DNA of 64,000 nt. Source: Octopus vulgaris. Its lineage: Eukaryota. Under the pieces are notes generated by a model. It saw only the letters and a list, made by a program, of their open reading frames with translations. It had not been told where the DNA came from and did not search any database. This document shows, piece after piece, positions 26,791-39,376 of this stretch. The stretch spans positions 82,460,001-82,524,000 of the forward strand of contig OX597816.1 of the NCBI GenBank assembly GCA_951406725.2, read 5' to 3'. The position numbers were made by a program, and so were the translations under genes. How positions within the stretch are numbered: the first letter of the stretch is position 1; every line of letters starts with the position of its first letter.

Positions 26791-28453
26791 TTCTGATGAT
26801 CTCACATAGTGACTACACATATCTTCAAATCGCCAAAAGTTGTGTCGAAATAAATTAGATTCTCTTTTTAAGGTCAGTTGGTGGTTCTCTATAAAGCTTT
26901 AGTGTGACCCACATAACATACTTATCTGATATAATACAGTTCACACACACATACACACAACAAAAGCCATCTGGTTTGACTGGAAAAATTCACTTAACAT
27001 GCTAACGACTAGCCAACAGACACATTGCAAAGGTCACAGATAACCCCCTCTTCTCCTCTGACTATATATATCTATATATATATATATAGATATATATATA
27101 TATATGAGAGAGAGAGAAAGATAGATGCATAGCTAGAACAGAATTATTTTTAATTTTTTATGACAAGACATCACTGTTTTATACTTTGGAAGCATTTGAA
27201 GCAACCTGTCTTGACAAGAAAATTAGCTTGTGTTAGATTTAGACAGAAATAATTCTATCCAGAGATGAGCAACTAATCTGAGAAAATGCTTATCCCCAAA
27301 ATTGTTTTCAATTTATTATGAAAAGAACTCTTTCAGATGAATGAAGAGAATTTGTGTTGAACTAAAAATAACAGAATTGTGAATGAAAGGAATTCACATG
27401 TCAAACAAAATATCACATAGATAAAATGGAAATACCATTTTGGATGTAGCTGTTTAAAAAAAAAACACTTTAATGCTTTTGTTTTAGTTTACATATGGAT
27501 TGGTAGAGAATCCCATTCTGTTGGATGTAGACACACCAGGAGGAAAACTTTCATTATATCTAAGACCTGTTAGATTGACAACATCTATTTCTATATAGGT
27601 AGACTAGGTCTCTGGTAGTACCTTTGGTCATGAATATAGTTGCTTACTGGTCATAATATAAACTGGTGACCTTGCAGCTGGAAATCTTACTGCACTATCA
27701 AAACTGCAAGCCATTACATAGAATACAGCTAGTAATATATTAAATTTTCTAAATAGAATTTATCCACAGGAAAGAGAGTAGTACACATGACCTTTTGCAG
27801 GGCCACCAAAGTGGAAGGAAAAGAGGAAGAAACTATAAGTCATGTGTTATCACTAGGATGGGAACTTGGTCCAATGCTTGCAATAGAATAAGTTTCACTA
27901 AAAGGCCCTAAAGAACCATGGGGTGCTGTCAAACCAGATAGTGAATTAAATTTACCACCCAGGAACTGGTATAATCCACCTGACAGTAATTCTGCAGTTT
28001 CTACCAAGCCAACAACACTCACAAAGGATTGGGTCCAATCAAAGCTATAGTAGAAGATACTGTCCCAAGGCTCTGTGCAGTTGAATAGAACCTGAAACCA
28101 CATAACCGCAAAGACAACTTGTTAAACCCACAGCCATGTCTGAAAAAGCATTACTTTGCTAACATCTAAATATGTGTGTGTGTGCATGCGCGTGTTTGTT
28201 TGTTCAAAGGCAATATCGACATTTAAGGACAATACTGACCCTCAAAGAATTATCAAATGAAAATAAGCAAAGTGATTTCATACTGTTTATTATTATTGCT
28301 ATAATTATTATATGGTTAGATAATACAAACAAATACTCAGCAAAACGGATACTGAAAACTTGTTAAAAGATGGATCTTCAGAAACAATTGGTATAAAAAG
28401 ATACAGCAGAGAATGAGATAAAATTTTACAATGATGAAAAAGAAACCACTCAC

Positions 28454-28650
28454 CATTCCTACAATCTCCGAATAGACAGGTTCGGTAAGAATTCCTCGTG
28501 TAGCGGTAATATAATCCACAAGTTCATTCAAACATGCTCGTTTGATTTCTTTACTCTTTAAATCTGACACAGGGTCCATAAAATCAAATACTAAACAACA
28601 TTGTTGAAGCTTTTTAGTGAACAGTTCCTGCTGTTCTGCGGGTGATGTAT
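28454..28650 (-). CDS. PPP2R5E: Internal coding exon of a PP2A 56-kDa regulatory subunit (B56/B', PPP2R5A/E-widerborst type)
   Basis: Minus strand reads tcttttatag|AT ACA TCA CCC... = (D)[65 protein letters not shown]|gtgagt. This matches the conserved B56 segment (human epsilon, from memory: [49 protein letters not shown]...). Canonical AG/GT sites, phase 1 in, phase 0 out, 197 nt. Family is certain; the paralog label is less so. Confidence 0.95.
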
Positions 28651-28709
28651 CTATAAAAGATAAAAGTGAAGATTACTTCAATTATGGAAACTTAAATGAA
28701 AGAAAATCT

Positions 28710-29870
28710 CATCATCAATGTTTTAACATTAACTTTTCCATGCTTGCATTAGGCTGGTGGAATTTGTTGAGGCATATTTTCTATAACCTCACCTGCTTCC
28801 AAGTAAGGCAATATTTTCTCATGGTCTGAATTTGTTTTCATAAAAGACTGGAAGTGAACACCACTTGTATGACTGTGGTTCTTATTTACAACCTCCAAGC
28901 ACCACCAAAACAAGGAAACATAAATACATACACCTATTTCCTTTACAAGCATGGGCCGGACAGTTTGACATGATCCAATGAGCCACAAGTAAAGCTCCAA
29001 TGTCAGTTTTGGTATGGTTTCTGTAGCTGGATGCCCTTCCTAATGCCAACCACTTTACAGTATAAACTGGATGTTTTTCACATGCCACTGGCATTAGTGA
29101 GGTTGCCAAGTAACTTGCAGGACAGAAAAATAACAGGGAAAGAGGAAAAACACTCCATAACTAAGTGGAGAGGAGTATTTGAGATGGGGAGTTAGTTTAA
29201 TGCCAGGTGCTGAAAGATTAAAAAGTATGACAGAGGAATAAGTGCCTTGCTATGAGAGATACATGGCTACTCTGGCAGTAACTTGGAAGAAGATAAAGAT
29301 GGTCATGATGGGATACCAGAGTAAACTCTCAAGGTACAAGAAGGAGAACATAAGAAAGGATACAGACAGTAGATCAAGTGGGGGAAGAGGATGGATAGTT
29401 TCCTAAAAATATTAGGGGAGAGTAAAAAAATGGTTAGAGATGAGAGTAGTGAATGATGAACAAAAGGTAGAGGTGCAGCTGATGGGAAATATCAATCAGG
29501 AGAAGATGTACAGTGAGAGATAGAAGTGACTCAGAAAGGAGTAAGTGCAAGGTAGAGGAGTAGTAGAGAGGTACCTAAGAGTGACTAGTAATAGGTGTTT
29601 GATGGCTTATATGAAAGCATTGTGAATGATATGTGAGGTGTTAGGATAGAATATGGCAGAGGAGAGAAATAACTGAAGCCACAGAAAGTTGGTGATTGGT
29701 TAAAATAGTGTGGGGAAGGAAAGGGGAATAAGACTAAAGGCTGAGAGGTTCCAGAGGAGGAAGGTAATTGGTAGTGCAAAGAAAGAGGATGGAGTTTTTG
29801 CTCTCAAGTGATTATAGCTGCTGAGTAGTGCTACACACAGATGAGTAGTGGAGGGCTGGGTGTTAGCGGG
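28710..29870 (-). mobile_element. SINE 3' half followed by an RTE 3' tail/UTR fragment (purine-rich on +)
   Basis: 28710-28930 matches the tail of the 21590 SINE. 28950-29120 matches the RTE tail (ctgtagctggatgcccttcctaatgccaaccac). 29130-29870 resembles the reverse complement of the pyrimidine-rich UTR at 31100-31900. Confidence 0.65.
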
Positions 29871-29914
29871 TTACATGCATGTCTACACACACACATCTAT
29901 ATATACATGCAATC

Positions 29915-30080
29915 TAATGACAAGCTTTTTTCAGTTACCATCAACCAAATTCATTCATAAGGCTTTGGTCCATGTAAAACTATAGTAAAAGACACTTGCC
30001 CAAGGTGCCATACAGTGGGACTGAACCAGAAACAATGTGGTTGGGAAGCAAACTTCTTAACCAGAAAACCATGTCTCCAT
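29915..30080 (-). mobile_element. tRNA-headed SINE (head and core)
   Basis: gacacttgcccaaggtgccatacagtgggactgaacc..atgtggttgggaagcaaacttctta is the reverse complement of the SINE head. Confidence 0.8.
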
Positions 30081-30973
30081 CTTATGTTTCAAAAAAAAAA
30101 AAATCAGCTATGGAAAAGAAAAACTACGGAACATACATGATGGTATTATAAAAGTGGTTCATACCAAATTTAGAAATGATTTCCCTTAGTCAAAGATAAG
30201 ATACATTCCTAGTATGTATATGTCACATTTAAAGAACAAGAATAAAATTTTGAACAGTAGTCTAGAGATATATTTTGGTCTACAGTGGTATCTGTAGAAC
30301 AGATCTGAATGATACCTGATAAAATACAGGAGAAGCTAAAATAAAATAAAGAGAGCGAATTCTCTAACAAAAATATAGGGAAATTATTTGAACTATATAA
30401 GTTAAAATTATCAAAAAAACAAGGTAAATGACTTTACTCAATCAGCTCTCCTTCTAATGAAACTAATAGCATTTTACATAAAAAACCAAGGATCCTCAAG
30501 AGTTTTACTAAATATTATGGTCCAATACCCATAGTGATATATCTTCATAGAAATAAGACATGAAGAACAACCATGACTTGTTTAATAATGCACTATTAAA
30601 CAGGTCATGGTTTAACAGTGCATCATCTTTTTGAGATATAATACTGATTTTCTGCTTATCAAGCCAAACCTCATAATACACTCCACTATATTCTGTTGAT
30701 ACACCCACTGACACCTCGTTCAGTCTATACATATAAAAATAAATAAATAAATCGGATCATAATTTTAATTCCTTACATTGGCACAATGCTGTTGTAAATG
30801 CACAGGAAAGGATAGCTGGTTAAAATAGCTTCTGTAAATGACTAGTACTTTTGCCTTCAAAAGGACAGAAAGCAATATCAACCTTGTTGGAATTCAAGCT
30901 TAAAATAAGGGAGTGTAATTAAATATATATCATATGTTTAATCAGGCATTCTGTTTTTGCTACTTGGACCAAT

Positions 30974-32217
30974 CTCAGGATGTTGGGCCTCACAGAGGAA
31001 ATGACAATGGACCGAGATGTCTGGCAATATGAAGTTCTTGAGAAGACCTGCCCATGTCAGCAAAACTGAGTTCTAGAAGCGCTGTGTGTCCCACCCACAC
31101 TTAAGAAAACTTCTTACTCTACCACAACAAACCAAACTACGTCTACATCTCTTCCTCACATTTCCGCTTCATGCACTATGCTTACCTCTCACTCCCCAAT
31201 CCTGTCCTCTTGGCCCTGTGCCACTATATTATTGCTCTCTGCTAGCACCTGACCTGTATGTTCCACCTACACGTAACAAGAAAACTTTCCACTCACCCTA
31301 CCCCAACAAACCAATGCACATCTCTTCTCTGCTTCAGATTTCTTCCTTCATACACTATGCCTAGCTCACACTCTCCAATCCTGCCATCATAGGCCTGTTC
31401 CTCTGTATCATTGCTATCCGGTAGCCACCCTCCTCTATATGTATACCCAGGCTTTCGCCACTCACTCCATCCCCTTCCACACTCTTTAATCACACTTCTT
31501 TCACAAAATCCTGCCACTTATATTATGGCGTTTGGTATGCCCTGGCACTTGCCACCAACTATATCTCTCTCTTCTTTTACTCAACCATCCCATTCATATT
31601 CTGATCCCCATCCCTTGTGACTATGCCCAGCATTTTGCTACCATTTCTATCCTGCTGTCTCCCACTCTCTCTCTCTCCTCCTCTTTCCTCAGGTTGAGTA
31701 ACCATGTATTTCCTTTGCGAGAGCACACCTGTTTCTGTTCACATTCTTGATCTCTCTCTCTCTCTCTCTCTCTCTCCAGCAAGGTAACCTTGTACCCTCC
31801 TCTATAGCAAGACACCTGTTTCTGTCTCACTATAACCTTTCATCAACTCATGATCACCTCCTCCAATTCCCCCTCCCCCTTGAAAGTTTTTTTTTTTTAT
31901 TTTTGGTCTTACAAGTACTTGGTGGCCCTCTCAGTGCAGGTGCCACTTAAAAGCACCCAGTCCACACTAAAGTGGCTGCTGTTTGGAAGGATATCCAGCT
32001 GTAAAAAACTTGCCAAAACTGACTTTGCCTGTGCTTGTGCCACCTAAAAAGCACTAAGTTCACTCTGCTGAATGATTGGTGTTAGGAAGGATATCCAGCT
32101 GTAAAACTCAGCCAAAACAGTCATAGAAGCCTGGTGCAGGCTTCTACCTGGCTGGCTCTTGTGAAACCATCCCATCCATGCTAGCATGGAAGGCAGACGT
32201 TAAATGATGATGATGAT
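30974..32217 (+). mobile_element. RTE LINE 3' end with long pyrimidine-rich 3' UTR
   Basis: Starts with the ORF end LRMLGLTEEMTMDRDVWQYEVLEKT and ends ccatgctagcatggaaggcagacgttaa(atg)n. Confidence 0.8.
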
Positions 32218-33478
32218 ATTACTGAGCAACTTCAAAAAACTTAGCTTAAACAGGTCTATTACATTGACTATAGCAATAAAATAGTTGCGTGCAAGCCATA
32301 GATCCAGCACAAAGGGGAAAATCAGTGCAGGAATTGAAGAGCAATGGAGCTGAGATTTTTCACTAACAGAGAGTGACTAGTAAACATGTGCTTTGCAAAT
32401 GCAAATTTTAAGTGGAACAATACAAATAGATGTTACATTCAACTGTCAATTAACCACATTTAGCAATGAAAATCATTGTTATCTAAATTTCAGCAACTGA
32501 GATTTGTATTTATTATATACACACTTAATAAACAATCATATTTAAGCACACATTCAATAAATACATACACACATCGATATGAATGTTCATAATAGTAAGG
32601 TTTTCATAAACTGAAATACTAACTGAAATGTTTCGGGAAGTAGAGATATATTTGTTTTTTAAATGACTAGCTTACAGAATTATAATTCTGTTTCAACCTT
32701 TTTAGTCAGATATACAAACATAGAAACAGTTACACATAAACACACGTATCCCAGTTTCTAAAATAGATATACTGTAACCCTGCATGTTGTAAATTATGAG
32801 TGAAAGAGTTGGTGTCAGGAAAGACATCAGGCTGTAGACTGCCTTGAAAGCTCTCATCTAACCTATATCAGCATGGAAAGAACAGAAGTAAAAGTATTAA
32901 AAGGAGGGGGGAAGAGTGAAGAGTGACCTAAGCATATTACACAAGACTTTCTGACAACCAAATAATATGCCTCAATGCATTTCTAACACCAGTACTGATA
33001 CCCACATTTGGGGTATTTCTTCGATTTATATTGGGCACTTCCACAAAAAACAGTATTATTGACAGACACTATCTCAAAACAAGAAGAAAAAATATAGCTT
33101 TTGAGTGTCATTTGCTATCACTCGACATCTGCTAAATGGCAGCAGCAAAAAGAAATATATTTCAGAGCTCAAAAGTGAAGAGAACAAGATCCTAAGAACA
33201 TGATGTTTGTTAAAAAAGGTGGTAATTTGTTCCAGCTAAGTTTGGAGTCAACAGTTACAGAAATGGGATGTGTATAGGAGTTAATATTAAAATACTCAGG
33301 AATGGATTTAGATACATCAAATTGAAAATGGATTAGCATTTGGAAAAAAAAAATACCAGAAGTTGTTTATAGACTGCTTAATCAATCATACAAGTTAATA
33401 TAAAGAGGGTATTATCTAAGTCCTAAAACACTTTAGATTAGGTTACAATGTACATAGATCAGATTGGATTTCACTTAA

Positions 33479-34556
33479 CCCTTTTGTTACCAAACCGCCC
33501 AAAAAAAATTTTGGTTAATGTGACCAAACCGCCCAAAGCCGCCCAAATTTACCTATTCATATTTAAATGAGAATATCAGAGCAAATCTCTTTAGTACATT
33601 CGTGAAAACATGTATTATACTTCGTAAAGTGTTCAACTACAGTTTTGTACAAAAATCGAAGTGTAATTTTTATTCCGTGAATTTTGGGAGATTTTTTTCC
33701 GAAATTTGTTCCTGTTGTGTTTTCAAAATTTGTAATTCTGACAAAAAAATGGATACGAATTTCATTATATCAAGCAGCGAGTCAGAATTCGAAGGATTTT
33801 CTACTGAAGACCTTCATAAATCTAACTCTATGACTGAAAAAAAAAAGCACGTGGTATTTAATAATGAATCTGATGTTTCATTTTCCGAAAGTGAAAACAG
33901 TGAATCCGAGAGCTCCGACAGCGATAAAGAAAATGAATTGGCACCTGAATGGAGTGAAAATTTTAAAACTGTTTCTTTCGGTGATTTTTCTGAAGAAACC
34001 GGACCAAGCCACAGACTTTCCCAGGAGAGTAAAGTCTTAGACTATTTCTTTTTACTTTTTCCGATGAGTCTATTTGAAATCATTACGGCGGAAACAAACC
34101 GTTACGCTAAATGTAAACAAAACGAAAGAAAGGATAGTTAGTGGTTTCCCATAACCTTAAATGAAATTAAGACTATTTTGCCATAAATATTATTATGGGT
34201 ATCAGAAAGTTACCCAGAATAACAAATTCTATCGTAAAATTTTGTTGTATACCCAATTGAATATTAGCTAATAACCCATTTTCTATAGCGATGTTTGAAC
34301 AAAATTTTTATAATTTTATATTTTGTTGAATTTACCTGTATCTACCTGCAATTAGAGTCACTTTGTGACAAAAATTATAGTATAGAATTGGTTGAGAACA
34401 TTTCATTAAATTATCTTCCAAAATTCACGTTAATATATTGATAAATAAAAAAGTTATAGTTGTTTAATGAAACCAGACTAAATTTATGATTATGTAAGAA
34501 ATTAATTGAAACACATAAGGGGGTGTATTTTGGTCAGAAATATAGTAACGAAAGGG
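33479..34556 (+). mobile_element. Internally deleted piggyBac transposon (1078 bp)
   Basis: TTAA TSDs at 33475-33478 and 34557-34560; TIRs cccttttgttacca / tagtaacgaaaggg; transposase N-terminus only. Confidence 0.93.
33749..34225 (+). pseudogene. piggyBac (PGBD4-like) transposase N-terminal remnant
   Basis: Acidic N-terminus MDTNFIISSSESEFEGF.., then TGPS..LDYFFLLFPMSLFEIITAETNRYA..*WFPITLNEIK, frameshift, YFAINIIMGIRKLP. The catalytic DDD domain is absent. Confidence 0.88.
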
Positions 34557-34829
34557 TTAAACAGTTGTCTGGTACAAAAGAATGTATAAAATATAAGAGT
34601 GGAAACACACAAAGCTAATGTAAAAGGTGAAGGAACTTAAAGATGTTGGCTTTTATGGACTTCAGAAGTAATTGCTAACTTAACTGCTTACATAATTGAA
34701 AAAGAAAGTGAAAAAATTATGGGAGGTAATTTAACAGAAACAAAAAGATATATGTACATATACATACATGCATATAATAAACATATGCATTTTAAGAACT
34801 ACATATACAAATTTTAACATTTTTACCCA

Positions 34830-35095
34830 AATGATTGGAAAATTGGAAACAAAGGACACTGTTTGCATGACAGTGACACTCATTTACAACTATCATGTGA
34901 TGTCAAGGCAAGGAGACAGTTAAACACACACACATACAACAGGTTTCTTTCAGTCACCATCTACCAAATCCATTCACAAGGCTTTGGTTGGCCCAGGGCT
35001 ATAGTTAAAGACACTTACCCCAGGTGCCACACAGTGGGCTGAAACTTGAAACTTTGTAGTTGGGAAGTAGATTTCTTACCACACAACCACACCTA
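34830..35095 (-). mobile_element. tRNA-headed SINE
   Basis: ctaccaaatccattcacaaggctttggttggcccagggctatag..gacacttaccccaggtgccacacagtggg matches the family in reverse. Confidence 0.8.
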
Positions 35096-35160
35096 TATCT
35101 CCCTCCTCTCTCTCTACATACACAAATGCATATATATATGTGTGAATAAAAATATGGAAA

Positions 35161-35650
35161 TATTGGGTTGTATGGAAAGTCCGTGCCGATTTATAGTAGC
35201 TTACCTTTCGACTTATTTTAGAACATGGTTGAGTCCATAAAATAGGATTTGACTACACTTCCATTTAGAGCACAGTTTAAGCTATCTTTTCATGGAAGAA
35301 GGTATGTTCCTATAACCTGTGTTAATTTTGTAACCCTTTAAAATGGAAGATAAGAAAGTTCATTTTCGGCACTTGATGCTTTGGGAACCAGACAAAAATT
35401 GCTGCAGCTCAGCTGGGATGTGTTACCCCACCCTCCATATTCACCAGATATTGCTCCCTCGGATTTCCACTTATTCAAGTCTCTGCAGAATAGTCTTAAT
35501 GGTAAAAATTTCAATTCCTTGGATGACGTAAAAAGATACCTTGATGAATTCTTTGCCATGAAACCATCTCAATTCTAGGAAGAGGGTATTTTCAAGTTAA
35601 AGGAAAGCTGGAGACGCATTGTGCAACAAAATGGCTCATATTTGGTAAGC
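35161..35650 (+). mobile_element. Internally deleted mariner element
   Basis: Left end tattgggttg..; transposase start MEDKKVHFRHLML joined directly to the C-terminus TRQKLLQLSWDVLPHPPYSPDIAPSDFHLFKSLQNSL..GIFKLKESWRRIVQQNGSY, containing the mariner YSPDxAPxD motif. Confidence 0.9.
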
Positions 35651-35938
35651 TAGCATATATCTGCATTTTTGTGTGTGAGGCTATGAGTTTGTGTTTCCTT
35701 GTCTTAACATTGTGATAATGGTAAACTATTATGCAAGGTGTCCATTTCCAATCTTGGGTAAAAATATAATCTAGCTATGGAAAACTATTATTTTGCTTGG
35801 AAACGGATAAGAGTTAGCAACAGGAAATACATCCAGTTGTAAAGAGTTTTTCTCAGCAAATCCTGTCTGACATATGCAAGCACAGACAAGTGAACATTAA
35901 AATAATGATTATTTAATAGATATGTATCCATAGATATA

Positions 35939-36157
35939 TATGAGAGGTGCTGAAAAGTTCCCAGCTTTGAGTTAAAGAAAATACAAGTGATCAATTAATT
36001 ATGATTTTATTTAACATATTTCCCTCAGATTCACACATTTATTGCAGTGGTTCTTCAATTTTTCTAAGCCCCGTAAAAGAATTCAGAGGGTTGGGCCTCC
36101 ATCCAACCAGGCCTTTCGCAATACCTCTAAAGCCAGGAACTTTTCAACACCCACTTG
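35939..36157. mobile_element. mariner-type MITE
   Basis: Inverted termini ggtgctgaaaagttcccagcttt and aaagccaggaacttttcaacacc, about 215 bp apart, non-coding. Confidence 0.75.
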
Positions 36158-36399
36158 TGTGTGTGTGTGTGTGTACACACACACATATATAACCTATAAA
36201 TACAATTGCTAAAATTCCCAGAAGTGTTTATGTATTGAGTAGTCAGATAAATTAATTCAATCTTTCAAATGTTATTTGAATTAACACAGAAAATATTTTT
36301 ATTGTAGTTTTATGGATTTTTTTTTTTGTAGCTCTATTCTTCCTCAGTAACTCTTATTATTTTTTAAATTTAAATAAATTTTGCTTTTCAAAGCTACAA

Positions 36400-37020
36400 C
36401 AAAGGAGTGCCAAGTAGAAAATAAAATGAGTATTTTCAACACCTGCTTCTCTTCACTTTCAATCAAGGTTCCAAAGCTGCAAAAGCCACTCAAGATATTT
36501 GCACTGTGTATGGAAAAGGTGCTGTTATTGAAAGGCTTGCATAGAAATGGTCTTCATGTTTCAAGGGGGGAGGGTGAAATTTGCATTCTGGCTGACTCAT
36601 TCAGTTCAATGAGGATCAACTGAATGAACCCACCTTTAAGGATCCATGCCAGTCAACTAGAGAACTGGCCTTGCAGATGGAATACTCTCATGATAGCATT
36701 GCTCAGTTACTCTCACACAATTGCTAAGGTCCAAAAACTTAGTGCATAGGTGCCTTACACTCTTAATGAAAGAAACAAATTCCAGTGTTCTTCTATTGCT
36801 GCCAGTTTACTCATGGACATAACAGATTTCTTTACCACATCATTACCAGCAATGAAAAATGGTGTCTTGTTGGGATTAGAAAGGACTAAACAACTACAAA
36901 ATTCTTGCAAACAACCACATGATCAATGTAGAGCTTTACATTCAGTAAATTCGCCAGCAAGCAACACAACAATGCTCATTCCGAGGTTGCTAATTTGACC
37001 AGAAATGCTATTCAAGAGCC
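36400..37020 (+). mobile_element. Degenerate mariner transposase remnant (second family)
   Basis: Frameshifted ECQVE..EYFQHLLLFTFNQGSKAAKATQDICTVYGKGA.., then KLSA*VPYTLNERNK (WVPHEL-equivalent), RFLYHIITSNEKWCL and QQHNNAHS (HDNARPH-equivalent). Confidence 0.75.
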
Positions 37021-37409
37021 TTGTTTACATTTGTTTGGTTTAAAGAAAGTTTTGAACTCTTTAATCTAAGTGAGAAAACTAATTCTTACCTTTAGCATGT
37101 ATTTATATCATGTAATGTCCTTTATAAACAACCTACTTTTTGCTGAATTAGTTTTTTTTTTCCTTTTTCTGGCATATTGTTATCTAAACTGTTTTTTGAA
37201 AAAGCAGTCATTAATAACTCTCTGAGAAACGACTTATTCAACAATTTAATCAATGTGTTAACTGCAGATAAGACTTTGGAGATGATATCCAGGATGACAT
37301 ATCTATTTCTTTTGTATATTCTTCAAATACCCAACTGCAATTCATCTAATCTCCCAAACTAACTTGGACAAAATATTATCTGAAGACTAGTCTGTCACTG
37401 AATTGCGTG

Positions 37410-37570
37410 CATGTGTTGCTGGTCCAAAAAATACCTTTAGGACAATGCAAATCCTGTTGAGCATTTTGTCCAACTTTTTCTTTTGAGTTGTTATTGCTCC
37501 AATTATCCAACAAATTAATTTGTATGCAGAACAGAAGCGAAGTTCCAGCATGTGTTGATGAAATCTCTGT
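37410..37570 (+). mobile_element. Degenerate piggyBac transposase fragment
   Basis: Frameshifted AGPKN../NANPVEHFVQLF../IIQQINLYAEQK resembles the piggyBac N-terminal 'P..YF.LFF....I..ETN.YA.Q' block. Confidence 0.45.
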
Positions 37571-37756
37571 ATATCTAGGATGGAAATAACAGCTTAATTG
37601 TAAATTTCATAATAAATAAGCTGCAAAAAGGTCAAGGAAAAACATTTATTTCTTCTTTCGTGTCATGATTGTATGTATAATACTAACTGCATTTAATTTA
37701 TTACCAACACCTTTCTTTTCATCACCTTCCTTTAGTATCTCTTTCTCTTTTTTTTC

Positions 37757-38161
37757 TCTTTTACTTGTTTCAGTCATTTGACTGCGGCCATGCTGGAGCA
37801 CCGCCTTTAGTCGAGCAAATCAACCCCGGGACTTATTCTTTGTAAGCCCAGTACTTATTCTATCGGTCTGTTTTGCCGAACCGCTAAGTGACGGGGACAT
37901 AAACACACCAGCATCGGTTGTCAAGCAATACTAGGGGGACAAACACAGACACACAAACACACATACACACACTTATATATATATATATATATACATATAT
38001 ACGACAGGCTTCTTTCAGTTTCCGTCTACCAAATCCACTCACAAGGCATTGGTCGGCCCGGGGCTATAGCAGAAGACACTTGCCCAAGATGCCACGCAGT
38101 GGGACTGAACCCGGAACCATGTGGTTGGTTAGCAAGCTCCTTACCACACAGCCACTCCTGC
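37757..38161 (-). mobile_element. Full-length, young tRNA-headed SINE
   Basis: Minus strand: head gcaggagtggctgtgtggtaag (A-box-like), ggttcagtccc (B-box-like), core ccttgtgagtggatttggtagacggaaactgaaagaagcctgtcg, (TA)/(TG) linker, tail ..gctccagcatggccgcagtcaaatgactgaaacaagtaaaa. Many CpGs retained. Confidence 0.88.
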
Positions 38162-39376
38162 ATTTGGTTATTATTATGCAATTAATTAACAAATATACAC
38201 GCACAACTTTATTTTTAGCATAAATGAACTATGTACATTAAAAAAAATGCTTTTCCTGAAATACTACCGACTTTCACAATCTGTAGAGTAAGTGAAGACA
38301 CTATAAGCATTAGAATAAACACTTCTTTTTAGGCCTTTTCTGCACAAGACTGAGCTTTTGACTGAGATTTTTTAACTGGATGTTAAAAGTTAAGGCATTA
38401 AGAAGTAGAAAAACTTCTAATAACCCACTGAATAGGGCACAAGATTTAACCAAGTACATAAAATGGTAAAAGTTAAGTTACATAGTACTTTTAGTGCTTG
38501 TCGATGTTGATGTATCTACTCATCTATCCTATTGCAACATGAACTGCTAGGTGAACTGGTCAGTAAAAATATCTACTGAGAGACACTGTTCCAATGGTAG
38601 AATAAAAATTAAACCATCCAGGGAATATACTAACTCAAATTAAAACAAGGTTTTTGACATCTGACTTACACAACAGTATAAACCTTATTATAATCTTTGG
38701 ACCCTACCTTTAGGTAGCACACATCTGTTTGTCTCATCCAGTCCTATATTAAAACTGTACAGTAACAGCAAATGATTCATTTTACAAAGACAGTCACCTC
38801 ACCCATACTATCATAAAGAAACAGTTGTAAAATGTATTTTACAAAAATAAAAAAAATGTATAAAATTATCAACTCATAAATTCATATAATTCATGTATAA
38901 ATTGATGTATTTCTCAAAATGTGTTTTGTCAGATGAAAATCAACCCCAAACAATTTATATGAATGTAATTATCAACATAGCGAAGGAAATTAAAAAATTA
39001 GAAAAAAAAACGAAGTAACATTATATATTGTTTATACAAACCAGTATATACATTTGTATATTAAGACTCCAGTATAAAAAGGATAAATTTATAACTTCCT
39101 TATGAATAGACTCCAAATTTCCAATCAAGTTAGTAGCTCAACTATTTAGATCATATTTTACTGTTACATAAACCAATCATGCTATCAGTAATAAATCTCT
39201 TAATACAGCCTACCACAATATCCTTCAACCACATCCAATTTTTAAAATATCACTCAATTACTTCACTTTAAAATACTAATCTGTCAAAATAATCAAAATC
39301 TAATTTTTGTATTGGGTTTGCAAGATTCTAGATTCTTTATGTGAATTCATGTGTTGAAGCATATTTTATCATCTGA

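Noticed and set aside
28337-28453. ORF continuation [11 protein letters not shown].. after the B56 segment
   Set aside because: Read-through into the intron past the gtgagt donor; similarity ends at the donor.
37085-37150. ctaaag|gtaaga donor resembling the end of the upstream B56 exon
   Set aside because: In-frame TAA five codons upstream and no B56-like residues.
38090-38161. tRNA-like A/B boxes
   Set aside because: SINE head with no complete cloverleaf, continuing into the SINE core; the same applies to the other copies.
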